Part shown: piece by piece, positions 61,501 to 64,000 of the stretch | Layout of the letters: the number at the start of each line of letters is the position of its first letter | How positions within the stretch are numbered: the stretch's first letter is position 1 | Made by a program: the position numbers and the translations under genes | The notes under the pieces: generated by a model | The model's input: the letters and a program-made list of their open reading frames with translations, nothing else | Databases searched by the model: none | Told to the model about the DNA's origin: nothing | Assembly: GCA_016235265.1 (NCBI GenBank) | Contig: JACRLI010000022.1 | Location: 9,257 to 73,256 of the forward strand | Direction of reading: 5' to 3' | DNA length: 64,000 nucleotides | From: Candidatus Eiseniibacteriota bacterium | GTDB taxonomy: Bacteria; Eisenbacteria; RBG-16-71-46; JACRLI01

Positions 61501-63603
61501 CGCATCACCACCCGCAGCTCGTACTACAACGACTCCGGCCTGGCGCCGCTCACGCCCTACTACTACTACGTCACCGCCGCGGACTCGGGCGGCAACGAGG
61601 GGGTGGCGTCCAGCGTGGTGAGCGCCAGCACCAACCCGCCCTACCACAACGGGTGGCCGATCCCGACCACCAAGGAAATGGCGGGCTCACCGGTGCTGGT
61701 GAATTTCACGCACCAGCCCAGCGGCCAGCTGGATGTCTTCATCGGCTCCGACGCCATCTACGCCTGGCACCCCGACGGCACCGAGCTCCGGGACGGCGAC
61801 GGCCTGCCGCTCACCTCGGGCGTGTGGCTCCCGCGGGGGTTCGGCTATCCGGCTTCGATCACCGTCGCCGACCTGTTCCAGGACGGCAAGTTCTGCATCG
61901 TGGGGCTGACCCAGGACTCCAGCAACGTGATCGTGTGGGACGAGGACGGCAACGTGAAGCCGGGCTGGCCACACCGGTTGCTGGGCGGCTTCCCGTTCGG
62001 CTCGCCCGCCATCGGAGACATTGACGGCGACGGCAAGCCCGAGGTCGTGGTGGCCTGCGGAGGCTACGTCTACGCGTGGCACCCCAACGGGACCGAGGTC
62101 TTCAACGGCGACGGCAACGTCTCCACCAGCGGCCCGATCAAGGTGCTCACCGGGGCGTCGTACACCTACGGCTCCGTGGCGCTGGCCGACCTGGACCGCG
62201 ACGGGCGGCTGGACATCATCATCGGCAGCAGCGACGCCAAGATGCACGCCGTCAAGTACAACGGCACCGAGTGCCGGGGCTGGCCCATCAGTGTCGGAGC
62301 GCCAGTCACCGGTTCCGCCGCGGTGGCCGACCTGGACCTCGACGGGCACAACGAGGTGGTGTTCCCCTCCAATTCCAACTTCCTCTACTGCGTCTCCGAT
62401 TCCGGCACCACCAAGCCCGGCTGGGCGGTGGCGATGACGCTCAGCGGCACCAGCCGCAGCCCGTCCCCGGCGCTGGCGGACGTGAACGGCGACGGCTACC
62501 TGGACGTGGTCGAGGCCACCACCAACGGCTACATCCGCGTGCTGGACCGCAACGGGGCCAACCTGCCCGGCTGGACCAGCGTGCGCTACGCGGCGGCCTA
62601 CGCGGCGTTCGCCGGCACGGCGGAGACATCGCCGATCGTGGCCGACATCGACGGCGACACCCAGATGGAGATCCTGCAGGGGGCGGAGGACGCGTTCTTC
62701 TACGGGTTCAACCACGACGGCACCGTGCTGGCGGGCTTCCCGATCCGCGTGGGCGGCGAGATCCGCGGCACGCCCGCGGCGTGGGACCTGACCAACACCG
62801 GCCAGTCGAACATCATCCTGCCCAGCTGGGACAAGAACGTGTACGTGTGGGACTACCCCGGTGGCTTCAACCGCGCGCGCGCCCCGTGGCCCATGTTCCG
62901 GCACGACGACCAGCACACCGGCTATTATCTCAATCCGAACATCATCACCGCGGTGGAAGGCGTGATGCTGGAGGCTTCGGCCGGCGCCGAGGGCATCCGC
63001 CTCGCCTGGGAGACGCCTCCCGCGGCCGGCGGCCGGCTGTCGTGGAACGTCTACCGGCGCGAGGAGGCCGCGGCCGGCGAGGTGCCGGACGCTTCGCCCC
63101 AGGCGGCTGCGCTCTCGACCATCCCGGTGGACTTCGTGAAGGTGAACGACACGCCCATCACCGACGCCGACGGCCACCCGGCCTACCTGGACGGCGACGT
63201 GCGCGGCGGCCACGTGTACGCGTACATCCTGGAGACCCTGGTGAACGGCCAGCGCGAGGCGCTCACCGGGCCGCTGGTCCGCCAGCTGCCCGAGCGCTTC
63301 CTGCCGGCCCGCGTGGCCCTGTTCCAGAACACACCCAACCCGTTCCGCGGCACCACGGCCATCCGGTTCCAGGTGCCCGCGGGTGCGAAGGGCGCCGCCG
63401 CCGGCCGGGTGCGCCTCACGGTGCACGACGTGGCCGGCCGGGTGCTGCGCACGCTGGCGGACGGGGCGAAGGCGCCGGGCACCTACAGCGTGGACTGGGA
63501 CGGCAGCGACCAGTCCGGTTCGCGCGTGGCGTCCGGGGTGTACTTCTACCGGCTGACCGTGGGCAGCGAGGCGCTGACGCGGAAGATCCTGATGGTGAAG
63601 TAG
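58525..63603 (+). CDS. giant secreted multidomain protein, paralog of 52382..57142 (C25 peptidase + FN3 + FG-GAP repeats + T9SS-type CTD)
   Basis: AGGAGA RBS. Signal peptide LLAMLVLLAVASAPALASG. Same domain order, with ~60-65% identity by eye (AYVIVTADSLVPAFQPLADWKTRQG, HVGHGFRN, SIDCTSGAIDFDC). C-terminal ...GVYFYRLTVGSEALTRKILMVK. 1692 aa with an extra ~100-aa insert before the CTD. Confidence 0.85.
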   Translation: MTRITHAFQKSSPLLAMLVLLAVASAPALASGTVSRETRFMLRDLKVWEKDGEAHVALRGAPNRALPGEPELPTGCITVEVPAGARVTSWKVIPLEVIDVPARAKLAKMDAWITGEGRKVAGVASAAAAIAPDEAGWFPGVPYDRLQRGALQGHSLATVAVRPVQYLPNEGRIRLITRFRLIVNYEENAAARPLERVRRTERTEQAVARALGSLGLPYTPRPNARPARGGLFPMAAGEYPGPFGREAAYVIVTADSLVPAFQPLADWKTRQGVSSAIVTLSQVQAQYPQGVDLPEKIRLYLKDAYRYQGTQWALIGGTGQIVPPRYAYSQLLQDAPVPADMYYGNLDGNWNYNSNSVFGEAYFDSLAPGDSVDFYPEVYVGRAPILNSTEATIFVNKTLTYDRNPPQAYLNKALLFSEVLFPSDYTPGAGILYDGAVLSESVADSLPAYNQIVKLYENNDPINYPGSIYETRQAVIDSLNAGYNFVLHVGHGFRNTMSVGAGSLVNGDLRALTNGPRYSFLISIDCTSGAIDFDCIGAASVTAPSGGAFAFWGSTREAFPAVSKAYLDNFVGLVNSDSTGEIGEAMALCKLPFVAVTESDNPDRWTQFAFIMLGDPSLRLRLRPASTLSVTAPASFVMGDPGYTVSVTSGGSPAESVLVCVQKPGDDLQAGYTDAAGQVTLPFQPDNTGSFNVTATKRNHLPYMGTATVVGRGSAYLYDYSGSKSVSDGTTPPESGNSNGLADAGESVQLGITVGNNGSGVANGVVGTLSTAQPGVTVTSNTVGYGSIGAHSSAPGTGAYAVSFSRGLRDGLKVPFSLHLTDLAGDSRDDYFTLPVSAPVPEHYAHTWVDSVSGPTHYTLLKITLRNLGSGAFRGLTGTVRPVAGGFTPLDSVSSYGNLAPGASWIGTKEFRFQGQATALSRFYLFLTDANGEADTFNFDLKAPGAIGNLAALGSHSSIALTWTASPDSTTVAGYYLYRSTASGGPYARVNPRITTRSSYYNDSGLAPLTPYYYYVTAADSGGNEGVASSVVSASTNPPYHNGWPIPTTKEMAGSPVLVNFTHQPSGQLDVFIGSDAIYAWHPDGTELRDGDGLPLTSGVWLPRGFGYPASITVADLFQDGKFCIVGLTQDSSNVIVWDEDGNVKPGWPHRLLGGFPFGSPAIGDIDGDGKPEVVVACGGYVYAWHPNGTEVFNGDGNVSTSGPIKVLTGASYTYGSVALADLDRDGRLDIIIGSSDAKMHAVKYNGTECRGWPISVGAPVTGSAAVADLDLDGHNEVVFPSNSNFLYCVSDSGTTKPGWAVAMTLSGTSRSPSPALADVNGDGYLDVVEATTNGYIRVLDRNGANLPGWTSVRYAAAYAAFAGTAETSPIVADIDGDTQMEILQGAEDAFFYGFNHDGTVLAGFPIRVGGEIRGTPAAWDLTNTGQSNIILPSWDKNVYVWDYPGGFNRARAPWPMFRHDDQHTGYYLNPNIITAVEGVMLEASAGAEGIRLAWETPPAAGGRLSWNVYRREEAAAGEVPDASPQAAALSTIPVDFVKVNDTPITDADGHPAYLDGDVRGGHVYAYILETLVNGQREALTGPLVRQLPERFLPARVALFQNTPNPFRGTTAIRFQVPAGAKGAAAGRVRLTVHDVAGRVLRTLADGAKAPGTYSVDWDGSDQSGSRVASGVYFYRLTVGSEALTRKILMVK

Positions 63604-63652
63604 GGCTCCGGGGGGCGCCCCGCCCCCGATCCATGCTCCGCCGGTGATTGCG

Positions 63653-64000
<348 letters not shown>

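Overview
This is a 64 kb window of very GC-rich (~70%) bacterial chromosome. Coding is dense, and many gene pairs are coupled by 4-nt GTGA or TGATG stop/start overlaps. I saw no rRNA, tRNA, CRISPR array, transposase, integrase or other mobile-element signature. The long ORFs on the strand opposite the real genes look like high-GC artefacts.

The core is housekeeping. A 5'-truncated multiheme cytochrome c leads directly into gpmI. An aldehyde dehydrogenase and a GalE-like epimerase follow. Next comes a conserved run: rho, rpmE, a DUF1385 protein, prfA, prmC, murA and selB. Further along are rlmN, an ArsR regulator, a Ppx/GppA phosphatase, a complete SUF Fe-S assembly operon (MerR-like regulator, sufA, an unknown 83-aa ORF, sufC, sufB, sufD, sufS, sufU, sufT), pyrE with a NUDIX hydrolase, and the start of gltX.

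The accessory content is what deserves attention:

1. A tightly packed minus-strand operon: NtrY-like histidine kinase, sigma-54 response regulator, outer-membrane beta-barrel, DUF4390-like periplasmic protein, and an RqcH/NFACT protein.
2. A very large TPR-GAF-sigma-54 enhancer-binding protein. It is followed by a perfect -24/-12 sigma-54 promoter inside a 1 kb non-coding stretch, and a second sigma-54-like promoter sits directly in front of a lipoprotein(FN3) + DUF4384 gene pair.
3. Two tandem paralogous giant secreted proteins of ~1590 and ~1690 aa, each a gingipain-like C25 peptidase fused to FN3, FG-GAP beta-propeller repeats and a T9SS-type C-terminal sorting domain, each with its own AT-rich sigma-70 promoter. 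A subtilisin S8 carries the same C-terminal domain.
4. A PEP-CTERM protein, an OtsB/OtsA/TreT trehalose module fused to membrane and antiporter genes, and a PP-loop ATPase + TusA-like sulfur-relay pair.

The phylum cannot be assigned from sequence alone. The combination of T9SS-CTD cargo, PEP-CTERM, heavy sigma-54 regulation and SelB suggests a Gemmatimonadota/FCB-like or candidate-phylum organism.
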